A DNA stretch of 64,000 bases from Antedon mediterranea (Eukaryota > Animalia > Echinodermata): assembly GCF_964355755.1 (NCBI RefSeq), contig NC_092670.1, positions 15,176,795 to 15,240,794 on the forward strand, read 5' to 3'. Shown piece by piece: positions 13,076-26,774 of the stretch. The translations under genes and the position numbers were made by a program. The stretch's first letter is position 1, and each line of letters opens with the position of its first letter. The notes under the pieces are model-generated. The model ran no database searches. It saw only the letters and a list, made by a program, of their open reading frames with translations, and was not told where the DNA came from.

Positions 13076-16020
13076 TATAATATGATAAGGTCTCCATGAT
13101 TGGTTAAAACATATCAGTCACTCATTGGTTCAAATATTGTTTTGGTGACACTTTTTTACATGTGTATGGCCTACTGTATATATATAGAAAAAGAGACATG
13201 CTAATCTAATTCTCAAAATGTGTTCTATTTGGAGTTACACTCGTACTATTGTATTTGTTATATAGATCTTATAAAAAAATCACTATCAACATGTCTCACA
13301 AAAAAACAACCACTTTCAACAAAAAATGTTACGTGTAAAGTATTAACATGCCTGAAAATGACAAAAATAGTTAAGCTGTTGGGGGGGAGGGGGTAAACAA
13401 GGCCATAGATGGCCGCAGTCGCGTGCTCAAGTTAGTGTTTACCGACCGACCGACCAACCGACCGACATAGTGAGCTGTAGAGTTGCATTGCAAACGACTA
13501 AAAAGACATTAACACAAGTCCTTTTTTTATTCAATTGTTTATGTATAGGCCTATAACAATTTCGAAACATGTTCGCAAATAGAGAGCTCCGTATTAGTAT
13601 TAATAGACAGCAGTATATACAGTAGCCACATCAGTGTGAACGAATATGCTTTAATCGATTTTTCAAAGTTATTTAACACTATTGCAAAATCATGATCGAT
13701 TCTTGTTGATTTTGATTAATAATTCTTGTCACCTTCCTATTAAAAGTGAACTAATACGTCATTTCATTGTAATAGAAAATGGGTTAGGCCCTAACGAAAA
13801 CAAGAAAACGTTATATGAGTGATGATTAACGCAAACAAATTTGAAACATCTTCCCATAATTATATCAAGCATTATCCGTAGGCCTACTATTGTGCAATAC
13901 GAACCCATACGACTTACAATACTTAACGATCATCAGTTATTAATTTTAAGTTCTCATCACGCACAATATAGGTCTGAAATTGCGCAAAGACAATCACATA
14001 ACACTTCTCAATAATCATCACTCATATCAAGCATATAAAAGTTCAAATTCTGTCGATCTCAATTACAGGACAAGTATTACCATAGAGATATTATCTCTAT
14101 GGTATTACTTAGTGTTGTTAAATGTGATACAGGTAGTACATTTGTAGATAGTATTTGTATTATGTAACATCTGTTTAGCATATCTGTACTGATAAAAATC
14201 AACTTAACTCGAACATACACGCAATATACTGTAATCGCGTGTTATGAAAAGAAATCGAAGTCATCCGTCATTTTCGGTGTGACGTGTAGACCTACGCGAT
14301 TACGTCCAAATGGAAGTCAAGCGTTTAGATATTCAAGGTACTGAAACCAAAATAATATAGGCCAAGTAATATTACGCGGGTGGGATGCCTTTGGGGAACG
14401 ACTTTTTTATGAGACTGTGCAATATAGTATGATAACACCGATAAAGATTATGATAATTTTCTACGGGTAAGCCGTAGTAATTAAACCAAAATATGAATGC
14501 ATCTACTGCACTGTAGGCCTATTTTTTTTTATAGCAATCGGAGCGAGGCCTACATAACTTGCTATATCATTTTATGAGAACATAACACAATACACAATAA
14601 CCAATAAAATATTACCGTATGCATCTTGATGTATATTCATAATTGTAGCAACGTCACGGATCATCAATAGCTGATTCAAATCCAGAATATATCATAACTA
14701 GCAACATGACTCAACTTCCACAGAACTGTCTTGATAAATAAGTCGGAATGTGCACCTTGTAAAGCATTTCACTGCCTTTAGATGCTAATTATTTATGAAA
14801 TGGACACATGGTATGGAGAAACTTAAATTAATAAAATATAAATTAATAAAAATATAAAATAATAATAATAATAATAATTACAGAATGATTTTAATCAAGC
14901 AAATGTTTTATTTTTATGACTATAATAATAATCATATTATATCATATATAATGATTATAATGAAAAGTACAGTGTATGCCTACATCAATAAATAAATAAA
15001 TAAATCACACTCAGATCTGACTTAGGCCCTAAATAGAACGAAAGTATTTTTTTTCCTCAAAAATTAAGAATTATGATAATGTAGGCCTACCTAAAAAATA
15101 TAAAGCTCTGTCTACATTATCAAACTTTGTGTCACAACAAAATGGAATTTGCCCATATAGACCCGTTGACGTCATATCACTACCATTTTTTAGAACATAA
15201 CACTTTTCTTGTAAAACTAGATGGTGTAAACGGAGCTTAACGACTCGTTCCCTCTGGAACGCAACACATCGCAAAGACGTAAACGCAACTCAAGCAAATT
15301 TACAAGCGACAGTTCGATAAATCCATCGCTTTTGGTTTTTCAATTACTTGCGTTGCGCATGATACCTCCTTCTTGCGTTGCGCTTACGTCCTTGCTTTGC
15401 GCTTACGTCCTTGCGTTGCGCTTACGTCATTTGCTTTTCGCTTACGTCCATGCGTTGCTTCCTAGTAGAAATCAAGCTTTGGGGAGCGGTGCAAATTCAG
15501 AAAGCGAGTCCCAATTTATTTTATTTTTTTCTGGAAGGATTCGAACACGCGAATTTTGTTTACAGGGCGAGTACAATGATTATAATTATATAGGCTACCA
15601 TACCGACATTTTTTTTTTCGATCTGTGTTGGCGGATAACAAAGAGTTTTTTTAATGAGAGACTAATGAGGAAATCGTCATATGGGAATATAGTTTCTGTG
15701 AAATGAATAAGAATGCTAAGCAATACAAATTTATATTATTATAGATACTCATCGTTCAATACTGTATACAGTATATATCTAAAAATCTTCAATATTATTA
15801 GATAACATTTTCATTTGAGCTCTGCAGACTGTCTATTGGTTTAAAAAAATGACATTCACACTGCTATAATGAGAGGTTGATGAGCACGAATCCCCTGGGA
15901 GTGCGTCCCGTGACACCCAGCCACTCTAATATTCATGAGTACGCGTTCCAACTGACTTCAATCTGACAATCTCCAAATTCTGAGTTGTAATTTCTTCTGA
16001 CGTTTCGATTCTAATTGAAC

Positions 16021-19000
16021 ATGGAGGCGAACAGATTTTGCGACGTGTTAGCCATTTTCGGTAAGTAACGGTTTGAAAATGTGTTCATGATCTGGTATTT
16101 GTTTTTATATATCTGTCTGTTTCAGACTTATTACTTAGTATGTAAATATGCAGAACAGTTTACGATACAGGAATCAAAAGCATAAACACATTAGCGATAT
16201 AGATCCAAGGATGTTACAGATTTAGAAAATAGGCTTTTGTCAGCATAATGTACGGCGCGGAATATTATATTTGAATTATAGGCAGACAATTGTTATATTA
16301 CAATTTTCATCACGTTCTTGGAGTTGACGATGCTGTTATTAAAGCTATTGAGACTTACTTATAGGATGTTATTACATGTTATAACATTATTATCATCATG
16401 ATTATTATGATTCTTGATCATTGATCTTGTAAATAGTTACTGTACGTCTGCACCGTTAATATATTCTACTGTCAGTTTTAATTAACTTGACTAAATCTTG
16501 GAAAAACACGTCGAGTCCTTATGGTAATTGCTATATTTTTAAACGTACAAAACAAATAAAACGGATGCCACAACGAGATATATTGCTAACGTTCGCGCTC
16601 ACGTTATGATGCTAATGTAGGACATGTCCACGTGGTGTGCACGTGGGCGTAAATGATTGTTTTAATAAACATTAAAATGTACACAAATAGGTCGGTATTA
16701 GGCCTATGTAATTGTATTGTAACTGAAAGTTATCTCTAACGTAATTACCGCCATTAAAAAAAATGATAATGTAATAGGCCTATATCATATAAAATAATCT
16801 AAATTATGTCTAAAATAATTTATTTAAGTAACTGCATACGACAGGGGGATTCAAACGTATCCATCTGGACCGGTCCTTCCTCCCCACCTCGTTAAAAAAA
16901 ACCGTTGGGTTAATTCAGCACTGTGTTTAAGGCCTAGGTTTATCTACATTAAAAAATCCTAGATGTAGCACGATATGTATTGATTGAAATACAGTTGCCA
17001 TCCATAGTATTAGAACTAAAGCTCCCACTAGAACGCAACGCAATGACGTAAGCGCAAAGTAAGTAATTTGACCAACCACAAACGATGAACTATCCGAACT
17101 GTCGTTTGTTACTGGTCAATTAGATTTGCGTTGCGTCCTAATTACCAATACTAAGCAATGAATGTACAAAATACAAGTATTCATCACATAATCTTGTAAA
17201 AAAAATGTTTGAAGTTGATTTAAATATCAATCTATCTCGATATTATGTTGTAGAGTAAGAAATTACGTTTTTATAGCTGAAAGTACTCGCTCAACTGTAA
17301 TTGTATCTTGTTTTAAATTACTGTTATATCACGACATGTTGACTTGAGATATATATTGCAATTGCAATTTTTTATACTTTTTAAATTAGTATTAACATTT
17401 AAAGTGTCATTTTATGCATATCAAATTGCAAGTGTCTGTCTTATTTTGTATTATCAATTGATGGATACTTTTACATATACTTATGTGCAGGTATTCCTAC
17501 TGATGATTGAACATAAGATAATGATAGCAGATCGCTTTATATACGGTGTATGCTGTACCGTATGTGTGTAGGGTGTAAGGGAGAGTTAGGGGATTCAAAT
17601 ATACCATTTTGTACCAATTTAAAATACATTTCTAGTTTGGTAGATGCTAGCCTTACTTAACTATTTATTGTATTATTCAGTTTACACGCGAAGTGACACG
17701 CGTAAGCTTAAAATTAAATTGACACTAGCTCTGTCTTCACTATCAAACTAAGTTTGACAAAAAAAACGTGTAATGTGCCCAAACATATTGTAGTGTTTGC
17801 CCAAATATGGCAGTGATATGACATCATCATGTCCACATATGGGCACATAGATATGTAGATATCCTCAGTGTGAACCGAACTTAAATGTCTTCATGGTTAT
17901 ATTTTTCTTTTTGCAGTAAGCCTACTGTCATTATTTCATAAAGTGACGTCACTACAGTGCTATACCTGCGATTCTTACTTAGAATTTGGAACACCGTGTA
18001 CTGTTACTGAACAATACTCTCCACAGATCCTGAATTGCTCAAATAAATGTTATGTGAGTTAATTTAGTTTTTTCTGTCTGGCTAAAAAGCTGTAATCTTC
18101 ACACTAGTTGGAACCAAGCTTAAACTTGGTTCCAACTAGGACGCAAGGCAAGGACGTAGGCCCAACGCAAGCGAGTTTTGACCAATCACACGTCTATTTG
18201 AATAATCCATCGCTTGAAATTGATCAATTCACTTTGCGTTGCGTTACGTCATTGCGTTACGCCAATGACAAGCGAAGTTATATACAGTTAGCAATCACAA
18301 GCGAATAAGCCATCTCTTGTGATTGGTCAATTCACTTTGCGTTGTGTTACGTCATTGCGTTGCGTCCTAGTGGGAACCAAGCTCAAGTGTCATAATGAAG
18401 GTATATCGAATACTTTTCCCTCTCCTAACAATTACAGATTTGGATTGTATTTAAACTACCTCGGGTACATTTTTGTCTTTTGGTTCGCTCTGCCTTTAGG
18501 GCTATCTTGTCAATTGTTTTATAACAATTGTACACATGCAATTATAAGATACTACATATGACATTCCATTCAAGGGAGACCCATTTTAAGGGGAACCCTT
18601 TCGAACGAAACGAACAATAATGGATACTTTGTTGAGTCCGAAAATACTATACTGCCACTGTAAGCAATTATTATGCATTGTCCCATTCTAAGGTAAGACA
18701 GAGAAGGAGCAATTAAGTGTCCCTATTAAGGGAGGGAGGGGGAAGCATGTCATTTCTATTTGTTGTTTTTTTCCTATTTTACAGTATAATTATTATTGTC
18801 GTGGTACCATCAGTACAATTGTCATTTATATCAACCTTTTTTTTAAAGCCCTATCTACACTATCAAACTAGTTTAAAAAAATGTAATATACCCAAATATG
18901 GTAATGATATAATATATGATTGTTCTTTTTTCAGAGCGAGGTAACTCGAGTGGGTAGTTGCATCATCAATTTTAAAAGGGGTTGCACATTGTCGAACGAT

Positions 19001-19210
19001 TGCGAGGAAGAAAGTGAATGTGCAGAGTTTATCCAAGTCGGAACCTGCCGAAAATGTTGTACTGAAAATAACTGTAACAACGAAGATGCAATGGCAGTCG
19101 TTCCAGTTCCAGAACCGAACCCTACAAACTCTGCCACCGTTAGTTCATTAGATTATATTTTGTCTATAAGTACCATATTGTGTTTAATATCAAAATGTGT
19201 TATTTTCTAG
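16021..19210 (+). CDS. Ly6/uPAR (LU, three-finger) domain protein, ~150 aa, probably GPI-anchored
   Basis: Exons 16021-16060, 17917-18053, 18935-19210 splice in frame: signal peptide MEANRFCDVLAIFVSLLSLFHKVTS, LU start LQCYTC, internal KRGC, terminal CCTENNCN, then spacer, small-residue site (NSA) and hydrophobic tail. Phase-1 then phase-0 intron layout fits LU genes. Confidence 0.9.
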
Positions 19211-22080
19211 GTGGCGCTACGCACCAACTCTACACATTTTATTGACCATCAATAGACGTACCTAACGCAGTAAATTTTGTACTGTCAGTGGGATATCCTA
19301 GGTTAAAATGTATAAGTTGAACTATGTGATTTATTTGAGACAACAATCAAATGTCTCAGGATTCACTTACTCGATCCTCTCCCCGAGCCCCTGAAAAACT
19401 ATGAAATTCCTAACTCTGATTCAATTCATGAAGTACAGACCCCACCAAGTAAGCCAACTTGTTAAATTTACATTGCATAATCGTTTGTTGATAGCCATTT
19501 GAAGCTATTATTGATTTCTATTAATTTGAATATACGCATGCTAGGGCATTGCAGGCAATGCCACGAACCCATATTTGGTAATTAGGAATTATCGCGCGTA
19601 AATGATCATTAGTCTGAAGAGGTGCTTTAAACATTATAAATATTGATAATTGTACTGTGACATAGTTTAACATTTAGGAGTAAACTATGTAAACTAACTA
19701 TGTAATTATGTATATGATAGTAATAATTTAACGTAATGTTAATGTCTGTACACTACAGTGTGACAATAATATCTAGCTTATTGAACCAAACCTTCTCCAG
19801 AAGGCTAACCAAGAGTTTCTCTTATAATTTATTAAATATAAATTATGTAATATTATGAGTTCGCTATATTATCGTCTGCTATTTATCGCGTAAAAATCCA
19901 TACGCGCTCGTTACACTTGATAGCTTTTTGTACTATAAATGACTCGGTTGATGAAATAATGACAGGAAACGTGTTACACTGTAATGATTTCTAAGCTTGT
20001 GTCAGTATTTAAGATTACTATATTTTCCCTTGTGTGTAGTTTTATCTACGTAACTAACAAATATTTTAAACAAAATGTCAGTATTCATAACTGATAAACA
20101 ACTGGGCTTGAGAATGAATCATCTGTTGAAAAAACAGATAAAACACCGTACATATACGTAACGTAAAGACGTAAAAAAGTATATAATATTTTACGAAGCT
20201 GAAGCAAAATTGTACAGTAGAATTTCAAATTATACAATCGTTGGTGTGAAGTGTCTCAAAGACTCTAATAATATTCGACAGGTATTCACATATGTATATA
20301 TGTACATGTACATATGTTTATTAATAGTTTTACAACAGAGCATTACAGTATGTTACTTCTTGTGTGTAATAGTTTGTAATATTTTAGACGTTTTATGTGT
20401 ATAAGTAAGCATGGATAATGCGCTGTCTTTAATTTCATTCGTACTAGACGGCTTACTGTATGTGTAAATCATTTCTGTTTAGTAGTATGTACTTTAGTGT
20501 TGTGTATTACTTATATTCTGCATTGTAAATAATCAGGAAGGTGTATAATCATGAAAATAAAAATATTGTATAGAAACAGACGCAGCACGAACACGGCTTT
20601 ATAAAGGCTAAGGAGCGGTCATGTGATACACTGGTCGTTCACACTTAGGCTAAGGGAAACACTTATAATAACAATCTGCTATCTGAGTGAATACAATTTA
20701 AGGGGAATACTTCAATAGTTATTGAGTGATACTTATTAATATTGAAGGGAAATATCTCTTAATTTGGAAAGAAAAAAATTGAAATTAGGCCTACATGGCC
20801 TATTTGTTCCAAATCGTTGCCCAAAATCAATTTCTATTTTCCGCGACGACCGTACACCCAAAACGTAATGGTATGTCTAGATAACAGAATCCAAGGTAAT
20901 ATTAATCGATGAAATTAGGTCCGACGACAGGAAAAAATTGTCACAAAAAAAAAACCACAAACGCATGCGCAAAATAAATTAACATCATATTTGTAGGTAT
21001 AAGTTTTTGCAAATTTAAATTTGCATATTATTAGTTTAGAAATATAGGCCTACATTTAAAAAAAAAGAAGATAATTAGACATTCATTATTTGTAAGGTTT
21101 CGACTACCGCGTTTGAGTTATTGTTCGAAATCTCTTTTTAATTTTCAATTTAGAAGCACTAACAACAATTGAGAATGTAATGTTAATGTTGACAAATTTA
21201 TATAGCACTTTTAACAATCAGCAGATTGTCCCAAAAGAGCTTAAAATACAAATTAGAATTGGAATGAACAGATTAAATTACGAAGAACTAAAAATATGGG
21301 GTTTTTAAACTTTGACCTAAGGCAAAGGCTCGATCATTTTGTACTTTTTGTTCCATCTAGTCGCCATAGTTGTTTACATACTGAAAAGCTGTTTAGTTAA
21401 GGTGGAAATATGATTGTGATTGGTTATGAAGTGAAGTGAATCAGTTTGAATATATTTCGTTGTTTAATTGGAAGTCAGTGGCATTTAGGTTTTTTAATTT
21501 ATTTAATATTAAGGCCAATTACACGATTTAAATTCTTGTTTAAATAAAATCAGTTTTCAATGTTTTTTGTTTATATAGCAATAAAGTAAATCATTAGAAA
21601 AGGTATATTCATTTGTAAGAATATTCTTAAAAGTCTATCCATGATTGACTGTGATTTAGTATAAACATTATTATTTAAAGGTATTAAAGGTAGACATACA
21701 CAATAACCATTATATTTCTTGATCAACATTGCTTACTGTGCACTTAGTAGAGATGGATGAGTAACCATAGAAACAGTACAGTATTCATCGCGTCAAATTA
21801 TGTTGTTGTTGTTGGGTTTTTTTGTTCATTAACAGGACGCTCGCAACATGATCAACGCTATCATAGCAAATAACAGTGAATTTCTCGATCAGATGATGCG
21901 TGTGCTTAGGCTTACTACTGCTTTGTCGAGAAACAACAATGACAGCAACTTTATCCTGTAAGTTGCCCGAGACAGTAGCCCCAAGTGACCACTAAAAAAT
22001 GGTGTTATTCATGTCAAGAGCCACATGGCTAATTCCTTTTGCATTGCAACTGTTACACATTGGGTTGCACAAAAATATCA

Positions 22081-24990
22081 ACTTCACGAGGTACTGTCAG
22101 GCCCTGGAAGAATACATCGTTAGGTCTTGGTTTAACCATGGAGAAATAAGTTATTTTTCCATGGTTTAACGTCCATGCTTGGATCTAAGGGAGCAATCAC
22201 TATTTTAAATCGCCTTAGTCATACAATAAGTTATGATGAATGTAAACGTATGGAGACCGAAATAGCATACACATGTTCTTTAAGTGAATTGGAGACCCCT
22301 GCTGGCTTATTGTTGCAACCTCTATTGGCTACAGGTAATATAAATATTTTAATTTAATGAAAATTATAAATGAAATTAGTAATTAGTATCAATAATCAAG
22401 GTGACAAATTGCACAGTACATTATGTGTATATATTGATATGTTTTGTTTTTACAGGTACTGCGTGGGAAAATTACGATTTAAACATGGAAACCATGGATG
22501 GTAAAAATAGTCTCAATGTTACAGTTCGCATTGCATATCAGAATGTCCTTCAGGGGCAAACCACTGAGATGGAAGGACTGCCGTTCAGTTTGGTCACTGG
22601 AAGACCTAGGCGGAAATTTGACGGAGCAGAGAAAATAGTACCACTATTTTATTCAAATCTAAAACTTGCCAAGTTTAAATTTGAAGAAAAATACCAGGAA
22701 CAAATAAGTGAATCCGATGCAAGTTATTCTCTTGTAAGATGGAAAAGCCTAGATTTAGTTTGGCTAATCTTATCATCTAATTGAAAACTTCCTCTGTTCA
22801 ATGGCTTTTACTCAACGTTCGTTAACGATCCATTTCCTTTAACTGCCATTGCATACATGGACGCAATTTTATAACCAACAACAAGAAATGATGTTGTGCA
22901 AGAGACAATGATTCGATCTCTTAAAGTTGCAGATGAGACAAAAATGCCGTATCATCCAGTGACGTGGCACTTAAAGCTTTTGATAGACTTGTAATTTTAC
23001 TTGGTCACTTTCATATCGAAGGGGCATTTTTTGGAGCGGTTGGAACATACATTTCTGATTCTGAATCTGGTATACTGGCAGAGAGGTCACTTAAGACTTT
23101 ATTTAGTCTTTTCGGTACCCTGAAACTAAAAGTCTTCATTACTGTTTTTGTCATGTTTCCGGTTCCCGTGTTGTCCTGTTTTTTGTTTCAGTTTTTATGG
23201 GCTGCCTTATACAAGCTTCGCTTTTTTGGAATCTTGCCCCTCTTATTTTAATCCTATTTACTGTTAATTTTATATTCTATGAAAGAAAAGAAGAGAAATA
23301 AATGTTACTTTGATTGATTTGATTGATTGATTGATAATGGTTTCATCCATGGTAAATTATACAACCGATGCACCAGAATACATCAAATCACTGCTATGGC
23401 ATTTGAGAAAGAATTGTTTAAGCGATTCCTGGGTACCTACTCTATGAAAGATGATACTTTGCTACAAAGTGTTCGAGCAATACCAACGGACGATATAAAT
23501 GCGCCTCATCAAATTGCCGACACTGACGAATTCTTAATACTTCTTAATGAATATGAAGAATTTTTACATCGTAGGCCTACTATAAAGGGTGAATTTGACA
23601 ACACTGCCGCATATTGGGCTATTTACGTGTACCTTATCAACCGCTTGTATCGTCAATTCCAGCGTGCAGTAATAACGAATGATGTGATTCTGTTCATTAA
23701 TGTACTACCGTATTTGGTTGAAATCTGAACCGGCCAAATTATGCTCGTTGGGGGTCACTTTTTATGGAAACAAATGAAGAATTTGGACTCTGCAGCATTA
23801 GATGTTTTAAAAGCCGGTGCCTTTTCAACACGATGAACGAAAAAATGTAGATCTTACATTAGACCAAACTGTTAACAGAGATGCTGCGTCATCGGCAACT
23901 GGAAATACAGCTTTTGCGAACTCAGAGAGTGCATTTCGTCGTTGTTGCGTAAGTCTCACTCAACGGAGTATTCCTGTGTCTGAAATGAAGTCCATGAGTG
24001 GAATTCAACCCGGTGAAACACCAGCTAACCAGTTACGTCGACGGAGGATTGAGAGAGATAATAATGATGTAGACAAGTTTCTCATTAAGCTAAATAGTAC
24101 ATGCAATCCATTCCCCTCAGATTAACCAACCACATTAGTAAATATTGCTACAGGTAAAGCTGTAAATGACATAACTATAGTACATATTTGCTGGGAACAC
24201 TACAGAGAGGAGCCCTATCACGGCATCTATTTTACAAAGAATGTGTTTCAAACGAAACAAGATTATTAAAGACGGTAAAGCGTATAAAGGTACGCAATTT
24301 TACTGCTTCAAACATGAAGAAGAAATCGTTAAAATGAAACAAAGCTCTTGGTGTAGCTGAAGGTGTTCGTGATGCTTTTGGATACTTGTTATCAAAGACG
24401 ACTACAGATTTGCATTATGTACTAACGATCACTGAAATACCACTAGCTATTGCACATTCAATGGTTATTACTCCAACAAAAACAGAGAAGGCAATTTTTG
24501 CGAAGATTTTAGAAACAAGACAATCTGGTTCACATAAGGAAGATACTCCTGCGACCGACACAACTCTCTTTGATGACGGACTTGTTCTGCATGAAATTTT
24601 ACCTCGTCATAATGTGTCTACATATTGGGAAAATCGTTGCAGATATCATGATTAAGGTATGTTCAGCCAGTGGAAATTCTGTTCTGATGTTGCTGGACAA
24701 ATATATAGAACAATCAATAAAAGATGTCGAAAGATTAAAAAGAGGTGCAGAGTAGAACGCCAAGAACACATTCATTATAACTGGAGCGGATCAACAACAG
24801 CAAAAGAAAGGTATAGATCTATTAAATAATGGAGAATTTAAGGAAGCTCTAGTACAGTTTCTTATAAACGATGTCCAGAATGATCACTATGGTCCAATAA
24901 TAGGTGACAAAACCGTATTCGTGTCACATGGTGGTAAATGTAAATTGTAACTTGATGGGTAAACTTGAAGTTAAGGAGCCTGCCGACGTG
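22081..24990 (+). pseudogene. Decayed Academ-like DNA transposon transposase
   Basis: Collinear ORF fragments broken by stops and frameshifts: LGSK..LNRLSHTISYD, AWENYD..ETMDGK, LLGHFH, GKLYNRC.RIH, NRPNYARWG, DLTLDQTVNRDA, CNPF, PLAIA..KTEK, FDDG. This motif order matches my recollection of metazoan Academ transposases. Includes a GT-AG intron at 22335-22455 and a secondary insertion at ~23096-23335. Superfamily call is not database-verified. Confidence 0.7.
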
Positions 24991-25029
24991 CTGTCGTGAA
25001 TACATTCGTATATTTCAAGTCATAAAAAT

Positions 25030-25585
25030 TCCAATAAAAAGGGAATTGGCCGTGTGGCTACTGTCTGGGGCCGGCTACTGTCTGGGGAAACCTAAGATAA
25101 ATTTGCTGTCATGAGTATTTTCGTCTATCCCAAGACGCAATAGTTCCAATAAAAAAGGAATTGACTGTGTGGCTCTTCGTGTGATTAAATCTTGTAGGCC
25201 CAGACCCAACGGGCATTTCTGGGCTACTGTCTGGGGCTACTGTCTGGGGAAACTTACAGGATAAAGTTACTGTCATCGGTATTTTCGTCTATCCCAAGAC
25301 GTAACAGTTCCAATAAAAAAGGAATTGGCCGTGTGGCTCTTCGTGTGATTAAATTTTGTATAGCCCAACGGGCATATCTGGGCTACTGTCTAGGGCTACT
25401 ATTTGGGGCAACTTACAGGATAAAGTTGCTGTCAATGATATTTTTGTGCACCCCAATGTGTAACAGTTGCAATGCAAAAGGAATTAGCCGTGTGGCTCTT
25501 GACATGAATAACATCATTTTTTAGGGGTCACTTGGGGCTACTGTCTCGGGCAACTTACAGGATAAAGTTGCTGTCATTGCTGTTT
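25030..25585. repeat. Imperfect tandem array of ~110-180 bp units downstream of the Academ-like transposase
   Basis: About four recurrences of AAAAGGAATTGGCCGTGTGGCT...GGCTACTGTCTGGGG...ACTTACAGGATAAAGTTGCTGTCAT; the last unit (25436-25585) has an inverted copy at 21931-22080. Confidence 0.8.
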
Positions 25586-26774
25586 TAACATTGTATACAC
25601 ATATATGGGAACAATGTCCAACAACTTTTATCCGTGTGACTTTTCACATGATTAAATCCATTTTTTACCCCTCCTATTTGGTGTCCCCATGGTAAATTTA
25701 CATGATAGGACCCGGCAGCAATATTGAATATTGAATATTGGCCATATATCTACATAATCAGCCCATCAGACCTTTTGTGGCTTTTCACATGAATAAATCT
25801 TCTGGGCGCCCGGTCTATAAGAAAGTTAAATAGCACGACTATAATATTTGATTTGATTTTTAAAGGCCAGGGTGGTGGCAAAAAATTTATATTGATCATA
25901 CATTCCAATAATTATCGATCTATAGTTTCCCCTATGTTTCATAATTTTTGGGATTTTATTTGTGTTACACAAGCTTTTTGAAAATTAGCACTTTCTTATC
26001 AGTGGGGGGGATAGTTCAAATTACACAGTAAAATCTATTCTTTTGTACACAAATTTTGAAAATAGAGAGGCATTTTAAAAAGCTATGAAAAATAAACGGT
26101 GTGGTAAAAAATGTTATCAGATGACTAAATATAGGTAATATAACTTGAATTTTACATTTCTGGTATTTTTATTCAACTTCAGAATTTTATTTTCATGCTA
26201 TAGAAAAAATTATCCACCGTATATCCACTATCTTTTTTCACCTTCTAGGGAGTCACCAGACATGTTATTACATTATGTTAACTACCTAACTACTGAAAAA
26301 AAGTCTTCCTAGTTTTTTTGGCAGAATTTTGCCAAATTTTGTATTTGACCATATTAGGGGAAATTCATGTTTTTTCGTCTTGATTTCTGTTACAAATATT
26401 AGATTTATGTACAATTAACCAGATATTATGTTTAAAATTCATGCCTGTACCTGAGCTTTAATATCAATTTCAAGTAGTATAATTTCTAACTAACAACACA
26501 CAACAATAATAAAACATGATAAGTGTAATACATATGTCATAGGTCTACTTTTATATTTAGAAGATTGGTGATTTAGGTATGATCCGCTTAATTATATATA
26601 TAAGTATTTATTCAATTTAGTTGACTTAATTTAATGGATGATTAGAGCCAAGAAGGGTTGTTATTATTTTTTTTATCTTATTTATCAACAAATGTAATTA
26701 CTTTATAGCCTACATTACTTCAAGCAAATAACACATTTTAAAGTTTCGAAAAATAATTGATGAGTGATGTAAGC

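Noticed and set aside
15332-15706. 124-aa and 71-aa ORFs with repeated LRLR/CALTS patterns
   Set aside because: Translation of the TTGCGTTGCGCTTACGTC subterminal repeats of a MITE; no splice or domain support.
25030-25585. CRISPR-like array of recurring AAAAGGAATTGGCCGTGTGGCT motifs
   Set aside because: Intervening sequences are themselves homologous and irregular in length, there are no cas genes and the context is eukaryotic; it is a transposon-associated tandem repeat.
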